DNA of 63,869 nucleotides, counting the filler, from Deltaproteobacteria bacterium (GTDB lineage Bacteria > JACQOV01), in the NCBI GenBank assembly GCA_016202395.1. It is 8 parts of 8 records of this genome, joined end to end, with 100 filler letters (N's around TTAATTAATTAA, not from the genome) between each part and the next. Parts side by side here need not be neighbours in the genome. Positions count along the whole stretch, not along the records: positions 46,520 to 49,476 come from JACQOV010000030.1; positions 49,577 to 59,754 come from JACQOV010000034.1; 6 more parts are not named here. One strand, written 5' to 3'. Below, piece by piece: positions 46,524 through 55,331 of this stretch. Numbering within the stretch: the first letter of the stretch is position 1; the number at the start of each line of letters is the position of its first letter. The notes below the pieces were generated by a model. It was not told the DNA's origin. It was given only the letters and a program-made list of their open reading frames with translations, and searched no databases. The position numbers were made by a program, and so were the translations under genes.

Positions 46524-47624
46524 ATGAAGGTAAGGTTTGAAAAAATAGCGTTGTTGTCCTTGGTCTGTGCCATTTCCTGTCCAATGGCACGAGCGGAGGT
46601 GAGCTATGTCCATTCGGATCATTTGGGTTCGACGGCAGTTGTCAGCCATTCGACTGGTGCGGTTCAGCAGATCGAGCATTACAACCCATTTGGAGAGATT
46701 TTAAGGGGAGAGGAAAGAGGTGAGGGGGCGACGGCCCATCTCTACACCAACCAAGAGCTCGACCCCGAATCCGCTCTCTACAACTACGGCGCCCGGTATT
46801 ATGATTCCGCTCTTGCAAGATTCACCGCTCCAGATCCCGTTTTATCCGAACCTCCTTATGCTTATGTGGCGAACAATCCTGTGAGCTACACCGATCCCAC
46901 GGGAGAGCTCTTGTGGGATGTAGTGGATGTCGCTGTTTTTGTCATTAACTACAAAGCCTATCAGGACGATCCCACGACATGGAATGCCTTCTGGCTTGTC
47001 GTCAGTGGAGTGGGGCTGTTACCCGTTTTACCTTCCGGAGGATATTTTAATCCGAACGCGACTGCGGAAACTCTCGAAGCAACCATGGCCGTTGGAAACA
47101 CAATGGTGCAGGCTTTGCGGGTTGGAGCTAAGGGAGAAACTGCAACGGATCTGGTTGCTTCGTCGGCCGATTCCGCCGCGATGATCGGAAACTCCTCCAT
47201 GAGTTCTACGGGGGATGGAAAGAAGAGAGGTGAAGTCATTTCACTGGATAAGGCAAGGATGACTCGAGCTGTGAGGCAAGCGCAAATGGGGAGCGCTCGA
47301 GCGATGAAAGTAAAATCTTCTTTTACAGATTGGAGTGATAGGATCGCTCAGATGAGTAGATTGCAAGAGAGCAAAGAGCTTCGGTTGCTCTATAATGCTT
47401 CTCAAAATAGGGGTTTAATGGAAAAGATTACAGAGAATGCAAATTACTTCAGAGCGTTTATGGAAAGGGAGCCCATAACGGAACTCACCCCCCTTCAGCT
47501 TCCCGACGCGATTTCTGACGCGATTGAAGGGAGCCAACTGAGGATTCTTGACACGATGAAAAAAAAACAAGTCCCTTCTGCGGAGATTGGCAGGTTTTTA
47601 AATCAATTAGGCACGTTATTTTGA
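46524..47624 (+). CDS. Signal peptide + Rhs core + unknown C-terminal domain (mini-Rhs 4)
   Basis: ARA|EVSYVHSDHLGS, YGARYYD, NNPVSYTDPTG. Confidence 0.85.
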   Translation: MKVRFEKIALLSLVCAISCPMARAEVSYVHSDHLGSTAVVSHSTGAVQQIEHYNPFGEILRGEERGEGATAHLYTNQELDPESALYNYGARYYDSALARFTAPDPVLSEPPYAYVANNPVSYTDPTGELLWDVVDVAVFVINYKAYQDDPTTWNAFWLVVSGVGLLPVLPSGGYFNPNATAETLEATMAVGNTMVQALRVGAKGETATDLVASSADSAAMIGNSSMSSTGDGKKRGEVISLDKARMTRAVRQAQMGSARAMKVKSSFTDWSDRIAQMSRLQESKELRLLYNASQNRGLMEKITENANYFRAFMEREPITELTPLQLPDAISDAIEGSQLRILDTMKKKQVPSAEIGRFLNQLGTLF

Positions 47625-47673
47625 AATTGGGCGTAAACGTGAATAAGCGGGGTCCGGCTTCGGTAATTTATGC

Positions 47674-47781
47674 GTCATCCTGTGAAAACGGGAATCCCGT
47701 CATTCCCACGGAAGTGGGAATCCAGTGCTGGTTCCCCGCTTTCGCGGGGATGACGAATTCTCCCGTTTGCACGGGAATGAC
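47674..47781. repeat. Cluster of four GTCAT(T/C)CC-type REP units (two forward, two reverse)
   Basis: GTCATTCCCACGGAAGTGGGAATCCAG, CCCCGCTTTCGCGGGGATGAC etc.; same family as 12161-12230. Confidence 0.8.
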
Positions 47782-47825
47782 GGATGGGGGCCTTTTGCGG
47801 TCAACTTACAGATGAGGGTTGTTCA

Positions 47826-49022
47826 ATGATACGATGGAGTTTCATTTTTGCGTTGTGTTTTGGCATGGCTCATGCCGAGATGAGCTATGTCCATTCGGAT
47901 CATTTGGGTTCGACGAGTGTGGCGACGAACGAGGGTGGGAATGTTCAGCAAGTGGCAATCTATTCCCCTTACGGTGAGATTCTAACCCCTCACCTTTCAT
48001 CCTCTCCCCAAAGGGGAGAGGAAAGAGGTGAGGGGGCGACTCCCCATCTCTACACCGGTCAAGAGTTTGATGCCGAGGACGGTCTCCATTACTACGGCGC
48101 CCGATATTACGATCCCATGCTTTCTCGTTTTCTCAGTGTTGATCCAGTTTTCGATGGTTTTACCTCCTACGGTTATGTCGGAAATAATCCAATTTTATGG
48201 GTTGATCCCACAGGAGAGACAGCTAAGGACGCCGGCGATTTCCTTTATTGGTCCTTTATCTCTTTTGGGAGGACGATGACTTGGCAATCGGTTCCTCGCG
48301 ATCTCTCATTGAATACGGCCTCTCTTCAAGGCTATTCCTATGGCACGACCGCCGCGACCTTGCTTGGGATGATCATGAATTATACTGGAACGGGGGGGAC
48401 AGCTGCTGCTTTGGCTACGGGAGGTGGGGTGGTGGTGACTCCAGCTACTTTGACCCTCGCGGCCTATGGGACTACGGTGGTAATCAATGGAGCTAGGACG
48501 CTCTCAGAGCTGGGTTTAAGCTTATCAGAGGATACAGCAAGCAGTAGCGGCTCCGGTGGAGGGGAAGACGTTGGGGATGAAGATTCTTCGCAAATTCCAT
48601 TGGAGACTGTTCCCAATAATTTAAGGGATGCGAATGGTGTGGTTCGGGTCCCAACTACGGGTGGCGATCCAGAGTATGCGTTTCATGAGCGTAGCAGTGG
48701 TGATGGTGCAAGCCATAGGGATGTCGCTAGGCAGGCATTTGGAAGGCCCACAAGGGGTGCTTCGTACTATGGGCTCAGTGGTAAGAGCGGAAAGGTAACT
48801 TATTTAGGTCGGTCATCTGTTGGGGAAGGTCCGTCTCTTGAAGAGGCGAAACGAATAGTGGCTGATATGCAACGGCAAGGATGGATTAATGAACAATTCC
48901 TTGAGGTTATGACTGAAGATCGAACGGGATATAATCTCGGACCTCAATGGCCAACGCCAATGCGGAGCGCTAGTGGAAATTGGATGATGACAGTCGGAGA
49001 TTTTTTGAAATTAGGAGAATAA
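47826..49022 (+). CDS. Signal peptide + Rhs core + unknown C-terminal domain (mini-Rhs 5)
   Basis: SD GAGGG; AHA|EMSYVHSDHLGS, YTGQE.D, YGARYYDP, NNPILWVDPTG. Confidence 0.85.
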   Translation: MIRWSFIFALCFGMAHAEMSYVHSDHLGSTSVATNEGGNVQQVAIYSPYGEILTPHLSSSPQRGEERGEGATPHLYTGQEFDAEDGLHYYGARYYDPMLSRFLSVDPVFDGFTSYGYVGNNPILWVDPTGETAKDAGDFLYWSFISFGRTMTWQSVPRDLSLNTASLQGYSYGTTAATLLGMIMNYTGTGGTAAALATGGGVVVTPATLTLAAYGTTVVINGARTLSELGLSLSEDTASSSGSGGGEDVGDEDSSQIPLETVPNNLRDANGVVRVPTTGGDPEYAFHERSSGDGASHRDVARQAFGRPTRGASYYGLSGKSGKVTYLGRSSVGEGPSLEEAKRIVADMQRQGWINEQFLEVMTEDRTGYNLGPQWPTPMRSASGNWMMTVGDFLKLGE

Positions 49023-49159
49023 ATGGGGTCAAGTCGCGTGTTGCAGAATGGGGTCAGGCTTCGGATCCCATTGGTTTGCGGATTCGAATGCGATTTTTTT
49101 GAATAATAACGAGGGAGCCAAATTTTGTTCTTTGGCGAGTTGATATACTTCGTCTGAGA

Positions 49160-49396
49160 TCACAATTGAGGGATAAGATCTTGTTCGTTGGCCAACACGG
49201 CAGCATAAAACATACAGGCGTGGATGTCTTCGTCTGTAATAGGAGGGAACTCTTCCTTGATCTTTTCAGATGTCATGCCCATAGCCAGCGCTTCCAGAAT
49301 AACATAAACTGGGGTACGTGTTCCTTTGATGCAAGGCTTGCCATGTTGGGTTTTTGGGTCAGTTACAATGTGCTCAAGGATCTCTTCGTGTTGCAT
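49160..49396 (-). CDS. DUF433 family antitoxin-like protein
   Basis: I..DP....GKPCIKGTR.PV..IL..LA.G. Confidence 0.9.
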   Translation of the reverse strand: MQHEEILEHIVTDPKTQHGKPCIKGTRTPVYVILEALAMGMTSEKIKEEFPPITDEDIHACMFYAAVLANEQDLIPQL

Positions 49397-49730
49397 ATAA
49401 GTAATGATAACGGAAGTAAACTTGGAAGTAAAGAAGGAGAATGGGGTCCGGCTTCGGCATTTTGAATAATAATGAGNNNNNNNNNNNNNNNNNNNNNNNN
49501 NNNNNNNNNNNNNNNNNNNNTTAATTAATTAANNNNNNNNNNNNNNNNNNNNNNNNNNNNNNNNNNNNNNNNNNNNGGGTCAAAAATCTTGCGAGTGAAG
49601 CGAGAAAAAACATCCCCGTGAACTTCTTCCACCGACAAGTCCAAAAATCTCTTGCGTGGGCGAGACCCTAAATTCCCTTGACGATAGAATGAAACAACGG
49701 TAGGCTGGACTTTCCGTTAAAGGAGGCTCA

Positions 49731-50183
49731 ATGGAAATTAATCTGGAGACTTTGGAAACCTTTATCATCGAAAATAACCCCTATGCGAAAAAGACAGGGG
49801 TTCGGATTCTAGAGGCGGAACCCCGAAGAGTGAAACTCTCGTTCCCTTACGACGGCACCAATTTTAATCCTTTCGGAAGTTACCACGCGGGGGCCCTTTT
49901 CACCTTTGGAGAGACGGCGGCAGCGGCCCTCATCGGCATGACCTTTGATCTTACAAAATTTCAGATGTTGGTTCGAAACGGCTCGATCCGATATTTAAAG
50001 CAGGTTCGAAACGAAATCACCATTGACGCAAGCTTCCCTGAAGAAGAGGCTAAGAAAACTGAAGAAAAGATCTTAACGGCAGGAAAAGGGGACGTTCCCG
50101 TCACTGTCCAGATGAAAGATCAAGAGGGAGATATCGTCTGCGAATTCACCTGCGCCTTCTACATGCGACTCCCTAAGAAATGA
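49731..50183 (+). CDS. Hot-dog fold thioesterase (PaaI/YiiD-like)
   Basis: N..G..HAGALF...E. Confidence 0.8.
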   Translation: MEINLETLETFIIENNPYAKKTGVRILEAEPRRVKLSFPYDGTNFNPFGSYHAGALFTFGETAAAALIGMTFDLTKFQMLVRNGSIRYLKQVRNEITIDASFPEEEAKKTEEKILTAGKGDVPVTVQMKDQEGDIVCEFTCAFYMRLPKK

Positions 50184-50844
50184 GCGCTAGAACCGCTTTT
50201 ACCAATTTCTCGATCCCCTGCGCCACCTCTTTAATCCCCGGCCCTAACATGTAGGCAGGCGTTGTTACGATTTTGTTTTCTTTGTCGACAACAAACTCTT
50301 GGACAGGACACTCCTGGTGAGAGCTCCCCATTTTTTGCAGATCTCCCGCAACACCTCGGTCACACCCAATGGTTAGAGTCGGATGAACAGCCCCATCCAC
50401 CTGCATCGCCTTGGCTAGCACAACAGGAGAAATACAGATAGCCCCAATCGGTTTTTTAGCAGCGGTCATCTCTCGAAGCAACCTCGAAACCTCCGGATCC
50501 ACTTCGCAGTCGGCCCCTTTAACGGCGTAATCAGAGAGATTCTTGGCCGCTCCATAGCCTCCCGGCAAAATGACGGCATCGATATCTTTAGCGTGAATTT
50601 CTTTAATATCTCGGATCTTGCCGCGCGCGATTCGGGCGGCTTCAATAAGGACGTTCCGTTTTTCCCCCCTCATCGGCTGATTCGTCAGATGGTTAACGAC
50701 ATCTCGCTGATCCTTATTAGGAGACATGCAAACCGCTTCGGCCCCAGAGCGATCGAGCGCCAACAAGGTTAAAACCGATTCATGGATTTCAGCCCCATCT
50801 AGAACACCACAGCCGGATAAAATAACCCCCACTTTCTGTGGCAT
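50173..50844 (-). CDS. elbB: Glyoxalase ElbB / ES1 (DJ-1 family)
   Basis: LSGCGV.DGAEIHE, PGG.GAAKNL, TTPAYM. Confidence 0.93.
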   Translation of the reverse strand: MPQKVGVILSGCGVLDGAEIHESVLTLLALDRSGAEAVCMSPNKDQRDVVNHLTNQPMRGEKRNVLIEAARIARGKIRDIKEIHAKDIDAVILPGGYGAAKNLSDYAVKGADCEVDPEVSRLLREMTAAKKPIGAICISPVVLAKAMQVDGAVHPTLTIGCDRGVAGDLQKMGSSHQECPVQEFVVDKENKIVTTPAYMLGPGIKEVAQGIEKLVKAVLALIS

Positions 50845-50870
50845 AGATTTCTCTCCTCAAATCACCTTCT

Positions 50871-50924
50871 CCCCTCATCCTTAACCCTCTCCCCGCGGAG
50901 CGGGGAGAGGGAATGGGTGAGGGG
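50871..50924. repeat. CCCCTCA...CCTCTCCCC-type palindromic REP
   Basis: CCCCTCATCC..CCCTCTCCCCGC/GCGGGGAGAGGG..GGGTGAGGGG; same family as 47986-48035. Confidence 0.8.
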
Positions 50925-50930
50925 CCATCA

Positions 50931-52214
50931 CTAACCAATCCACTCATTAACAAGTTCTTCGGTTTCCGTCACCTGAAGCTTTTCAAACAAGAACCGAAAT
51001 TTCTCCTCTAATTCCTTTCCAATCGGTTCCCGAACGGATTCAGGAAGATCCCAAAAATCTTTCTTTAAAAACCCAAAGGCTTTTTTGCGGGTTTTATAGA
51101 AAAACTGCTCTTCCGTCTGCTCCTCTTTCCATTCCTCTTTGCAACGTTCTCTTAAGACGCCGTAAACCCTTTCCAAAAAATCCAGCGGAAGGTGAGGACT
51201 CTCGTAGATCATGTTCTGGAATCCTGTGGCCAAGTGAATCTCCGCCGTTTCAATCTTCGGGAAACGATCGAAAGCCTCCTCAGGCAATGTCGAGGCCCCA
51301 TGCTGCACCGCTCCACTCAAACCATAGTGATCGCGCGCCACCGAAGAGAGGCGAGCTAAGACATCAAAGTCAAGCATCACCTTGGCGATGCGGCCATCCG
51401 GCAAGGGAACTCCCCCGTGGGTCGTTCCCGTTTGAACACTCACTTTACTCAACCCTCGCGCCGAATCTCCCATTTTTTCACGGTAAAGATCCAGAAAAGC
51501 CCGCAACTCTTCAACCGTGCTATTTCTTCCCCCAACCTCTCCAATCTCGCCACCCACAGAGAGGGACATCCCCTCTGGCTCTAGGCTTCGGACGCATCGA
51601 GTCATCTCAGCGGTTAGTGTTGCGTTCAACTCTTGTTGTTCGCGAATGGTCGGTTTTGAAAGATCCACCAGTGTGGAGGCATCGATATCCACATTGTAGA
51701 ACTCCGCCTCGATCGCCTCTTTAATGAGATTTCGAATGGCTTGAATCTCTCCTTCAGGATCTTTTTGGTAAGCGGAAAGACGAAATTGAAAATGATCTCC
51801 TTGAAGAAAGATCGTCCCGCCAAAATCTTCCTTGATCGCCGCGGCTAAGACACAAACGGCGTATTCGTCAGGACTCTGATCGGTGTAGCTAATCTCGGAT
51901 CGAGCGATTTCAAAGATAAAGGCTCGAGCCTGCGCGCTCTTTGCCGCTCGAAACACTGCGCGAGCCACATCGTAGGTAAGACCTCGAATATTAAAGGCTG
52001 GAACGGTAAAACCCTGGCAATTCCCCTCTCCTCGAGCTTTGTAGAGAGGGCCGATCGACTTCGAAACAATCCCTTGCGTCTTGGCCATCTCTCGGATTTT
52101 TCTCCGAGCCAGCTGCTTTAACGACGGGTCGGTCTGAAAGACAGCCTGATATACCCATTCATCAATGCCACAGTGTCCCTCTAAAGAGTGAGCGATTACT
52201 GCCGATGAATTCAT
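50931..52214 (-). CDS. Class II fructose-bisphosphate aldolase family protein
   Basis: VPA.N.R, QGDH, GEIGEVG, GTTHGG, VQHGAS. Confidence 0.85.
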   Translation of the reverse strand: MNSSAVIAHSLEGHCGIDEWVYQAVFQTDPSLKQLARRKIREMAKTQGIVSKSIGPLYKARGEGNCQGFTVPAFNIRGLTYDVARAVFRAAKSAQARAFIFEIARSEISYTDQSPDEYAVCVLAAAIKEDFGGTIFLQGDHFQFRLSAYQKDPEGEIQAIRNLIKEAIEAEFYNVDIDASTLVDLSKPTIREQQELNATLTAEMTRCVRSLEPEGMSLSVGGEIGEVGGRNSTVEELRAFLDLYREKMGDSARGLSKVSVQTGTTHGGVPLPDGRIAKVMLDFDVLARLSSVARDHYGLSGAVQHGASTLPEEAFDRFPKIETAEIHLATGFQNMIYESPHLPLDFLERVYGVLRERCKEEWKEEQTEEQFFYKTRKKAFGFLKKDFWDLPESVREPIGKELEEKFRFLFEKLQVTETEELVNEWIG

Positions 52215-53101
52215 AGAAGATCCCTCAGCCGTTGAAGATTTTTCTTGTAAGCCCGGTCTTCTTTTTTATCGGGCTTTTTACCGGGCTTGTTGCCGGGCTC
52301 TTTGTCGGGAGGAGTCTCTAGAACCGCAGGTGTATCCTTAAACCGACGATCTTGCAGAAAAAACCGGAAAGGCTCACTACCAATGAAACCCTCGCCGATC
52401 TGTTCATGACGATCCACCCGACTTCCCAGATCCTTCTTGGAATCGTTCACATGAAACGCTTTAATCCATGGGACCCCAACGATCCGATCAAATTCCTCAA
52501 TCATCTTTTCGTACCCTTGTTTTGTGCGAAAGTCATAGCCCGCAGCAAAAACATGACAGGTATCCATGCAAACACCGATCTGCTTCTTAGGTTCAATCCT
52601 CTCGATCAAGTCCGAAAGGTGTTCGAAACGATACCCCACGTTACTCCCCTGCCCTGCGGCGCTCTCAATCAAAACGGTCACGGAAGCCACCTCCGTCGAA
52701 TCAAAGATTTCGGTAATCGCTCCGGCAATCCGCTCAATGGCCTTGGCCTCCCCCTCCCCCAAATGAGATCCTGGATGCATGACAAGATACGGAATCCCCA
52801 GCTGATCGCACCGTTGCAACTCATCGGCAAAAGCGGCTCGGGACTTCGAATAGGCATCGGGATCGGAAGCCCCCAGATTGATCAAATAAGAGTCGTGCGT
52901 CATCAGATAAGAAAACTTCGATTTTTTAAACGCCTCTTGGAACTGCTCCGCCTCTTCCCGCGCGATCGGCTTGGACTTCCATTGATTGTTGCTCTTCGTG
53001 AAAATCTGGATCCCTTCGCAACCATCCTCGATCCCTCTCTCAAGAGCCTTGTCGAAGCCGCCTGCGATAGATTCATGCGCCCCTAACAACATAAAGGTCA
53101 C
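52211..53101 (-). CDS. nfo: Endonuclease IV
   Basis: GAH.S, H..YLINL, DTCH.F, H.NDSK..DRH. Confidence 0.95.
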   Translation of the reverse strand: MTFMLLGAHESIAGGFDKALERGIEDGCEGIQIFTKSNNQWKSKPIAREEAEQFQEAFKKSKFSYLMTHDSYLINLGASDPDAYSKSRAAFADELQRCDQLGIPYLVMHPGSHLGEGEAKAIERIAGAITEIFDSTEVASVTVLIESAAGQGSNVGYRFEHLSDLIERIEPKKQIGVCMDTCHVFAAGYDFRTKQGYEKMIEEFDRIVGVPWIKAFHVNDSKKDLGSRVDRHEQIGEGFIGSEPFRFFLQDRRFKDTPAVLETPPDKEPGNKPGKKPDKKEDRAYKKNLQRLRDLL

Positions 53102-54078
53102 TGAATGAGACGAACGGCCATCGCCTCTGGATCCTCAAACTCTTCCTCTTCCACCAGTTCAACCGGTTTCTTCCTAGAAACCGATTTTTTGACACGCACT
53201 AAGGGTCCGATTCTCTCCTTTAAAAACTTCTCGATTCGAAGATTCACAAGATCGGGGTGCTCTAAAGGGCCCGTGTGTTGCCCTTTGGGAAGCAACTGGA
53301 ACTCGGAATTGGGAATGAGCTCATGCATCCGAATCGAAAGCCAAAGAGGGGTAAAGGTGTCCTCTTCCCCAGCAATAATGAGTGTTGGAGCCTGAATCTC
53401 TTGGAGATAAGGCTTGGCCGTGTGCTTTCCTGCGCTTTGCATCATGTGAAGGAAAACGCCAAAATCAATCTCAGAGAGGTCACGCATGTAGGGCATTAAG
53501 TCCTCGATGCGAAGAAGTTTATCACTCATTCCAAAGTTTGCCGCTTTTCCAACCCAATAACTCAAGCGTGTGGGAAAAACGAGTTTTCGAAACAGATCAA
53601 AAAGCAGATGCCGGCGTTTAAAAATAGAGGCGAGCGGAGGAACAACCCATTTGAGAATGGGGGTGTCGAAAAAGGTGTTGAGAAGGTGCCCATAGCTGCC
53701 ACAAATGGGGACAAGCCCTAGAACACGGTTGGGATAGCGATGGCAAAACTCTAAAATCACTTGCACTCCCATGCTGTGCCCCAGAAAAACCGCCTTTGGA
53801 ACGTTCAAAGCGTCTAAAACTGATTTGAGGTCCTCTGCGCAATTTTCAATGGTGAGCTCTTCGTAGTTGCGAGGATTGGGGGAGGCTCCATGGCCACGGT
53901 AATTCCAAAAGAGGAGTCGATAATGGGGCCGGAGATGCTCCCGAGCATACTTCCAGATGTACTGATCACATCCCACTCCATCACAAAAAACAAGTGGGAT
54001 CCCCTCTTCCTTGCATTCCCGAAGATAGTAAATCTTCGCCCCGTCGCGACTGGTGGCAAATCCTTCCTGGCGCTCCAT
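53098..54078 (-). CDS. Alpha/beta hydrolase
   Basis: YRGHG.S, GHSMG, G..D and H catalytic positions. Confidence 0.88.
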   Translation of the reverse strand: MERQEGFATSRDGAKIYYLRECKEEGIPLVFCDGVGCDQYIWKYAREHLRPHYRLLFWNYRGHGASPNPRNYEELTIENCAEDLKSVLDALNVPKAVFLGHSMGVQVILEFCHRYPNRVLGLVPICGSYGHLLNTFFDTPILKWVVPPLASIFKRRHLLFDLFRKLVFPTRLSYWVGKAANFGMSDKLLRIEDLMPYMRDLSEIDFGVFLHMMQSAGKHTAKPYLQEIQAPTLIIAGEEDTFTPLWLSIRMHELIPNSEFQLLPKGQHTGPLEHPDLVNLRIEKFLKERIGPLVRVKKSVSRKKPVELVEEEEFEDPEAMAVRLIQ

Positions 54079-54128
54079 ACAACCTAAACCTACCTAAAAC
54101 CGATCAAAGAGGCAAGTCCCATCCATTT

Positions 54129-54476
54129 TCAACCGGGGGGCCATGAAAAAGGGCGACCTGCCAGCAAATGCAGGTGAAGATGAAAAACCGTTTGCCCAGC
54201 CCCTCGATTACAATTCAAGACCAAACGATAACCTTCCTCAGAAATTCCTAGATCCTTCGCAATCGACTGAGCCTGAAGAACCATCTCGCCGATTAAAATC
54301 TTATCCCCTTCTGTGAGATCATTGACCGTCGGAATGTGCCGGCGCGGAACGATGAGAATGTGATTAGGAGCTTGAGGATTAACATCTTTGAAGGCAACGA
54401 ATTCCGGAGTTTCCACAACCCTCTGAGAAGGAATCTTCTTCTCTAGGATCTTGCAGAAGATGCAATCATCCATCAC
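54129..54476 (-). CDS. hinT: Histidine triad nucleotide-binding protein
   Basis: CIFCKI, GQTVFHLHLH. Confidence 0.93.
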   Translation of the reverse strand: MMDDCIFCKILEKKIPSQRVVETPEFVAFKDVNPQAPNHILIVPRRHIPTVNDLTEGDKILIGEMVLQAQSIAKDLGISEEGYRLVLNCNRGAGQTVFHLHLHLLAGRPFSWPPG

Positions 54477-54485
54477 ATCTCACCT

Positions 54486-55331
54486 TTAGGCGTAACGTTG
54501 GAGAAGGTCCTCTAAGTTGCCAGGTTTCTGTGAGGCCTGATCCCAAACCTCTTGCCAACGATCGTTATAGCTTTTCTTCTCCATTTGATAGAAAACTCCG
54601 AGATGAATCGCGTTAGAATCTAAGGCGAGATCGAGAGCTTTTCTCAAGTCCGTCGGATCGTGGCCATGGACCGCTTGAGTTTTGGCTCGGATCGATTTAA
54701 AGGTAACGACTTTATTGAAAGTGGGACAAGGGCTTAACACATGAATAAAAGAAAATCCTTTGTGCTCGATCCCTTTCTGGATTAGTTCCGCAAGCATTCC
54801 AGGATCCCCCGAAAAGCCACGCGCCACGTAAGTGGCTCCATAACTTAACACCAATGCCACAGGGTCGATCCCACTCTCCAGATTGCCAAATGGGGCTGTA
54901 GAATAAGATTGGCTTAACGGACTGGTCGGCGCCACCTGCCCTTTGGTGAGTCCATAGATCTCATTGTCCATCACGATATAGGTGATGTCGATGTTTTTGC
55001 GCGCAACGTGGGGGATATGCCCTCCACCGATCGCGAAACCATCCCCATCCCCTCCAGCCGCTAAAACCGTGAGCTCTGGGTTAGCCAATTTTATCCCCAT
55101 GGCCGTTGGAAGAGATCGGCCATGAACGCTATGAAAGGAGTAGCACTTTGTAAAATACGGCAGGCGCCCTGAGCAACCAATGCCAGAGACAATGGCTACC
55201 TTGTCGGGGTCTAACTGAAGATTCAACATCGCCTCATAAACCCCTTTTAACACTCCGAAGTCTCCACAACCCGGGCACCAAACCGGCTTAAGATCGCTCT
55301 TATAGTCGTTAGCTGTTCGCTGTGGCTGCAT
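54486..55331 (-). CDS. korB: 2-oxoacid:ferredoxin oxidoreductase beta subunit
   Basis: WCPGCG, GIGCS, GGDGD, YGLTKGQ. Confidence 0.92.
   Translation of the reverse strand: MQPQRTANDYKSDLKPVWCPGCGDFGVLKGVYEAMLNLQLDPDKVAIVSGIGCSGRLPYFTKCYSFHSVHGRSLPTAMGIKLANPELTVLAAGGDGDGFAIGGGHIPHVARKNIDITYIVMDNEIYGLTKGQVAPTSPLSQSYSTAPFGNLESGIDPVALVLSYGATYVARGFSGDPGMLAELIQKGIEHKGFSFIHVLSPCPTFNKVVTFKSIRAKTQAVHGHDPTDLRKALDLALDSNAIHLGVFYQMEKKSYNDRWQEVWDQASQKPGNLEDLLQRYA

Noticed and set aside
47621-47825. Small ORF between mini-Rhs 4 and 5 (and 16433-16642 after mini-Rhs 3) as an immunity gene
   Set aside because: Both consist largely of translated REP/MITE sequence.
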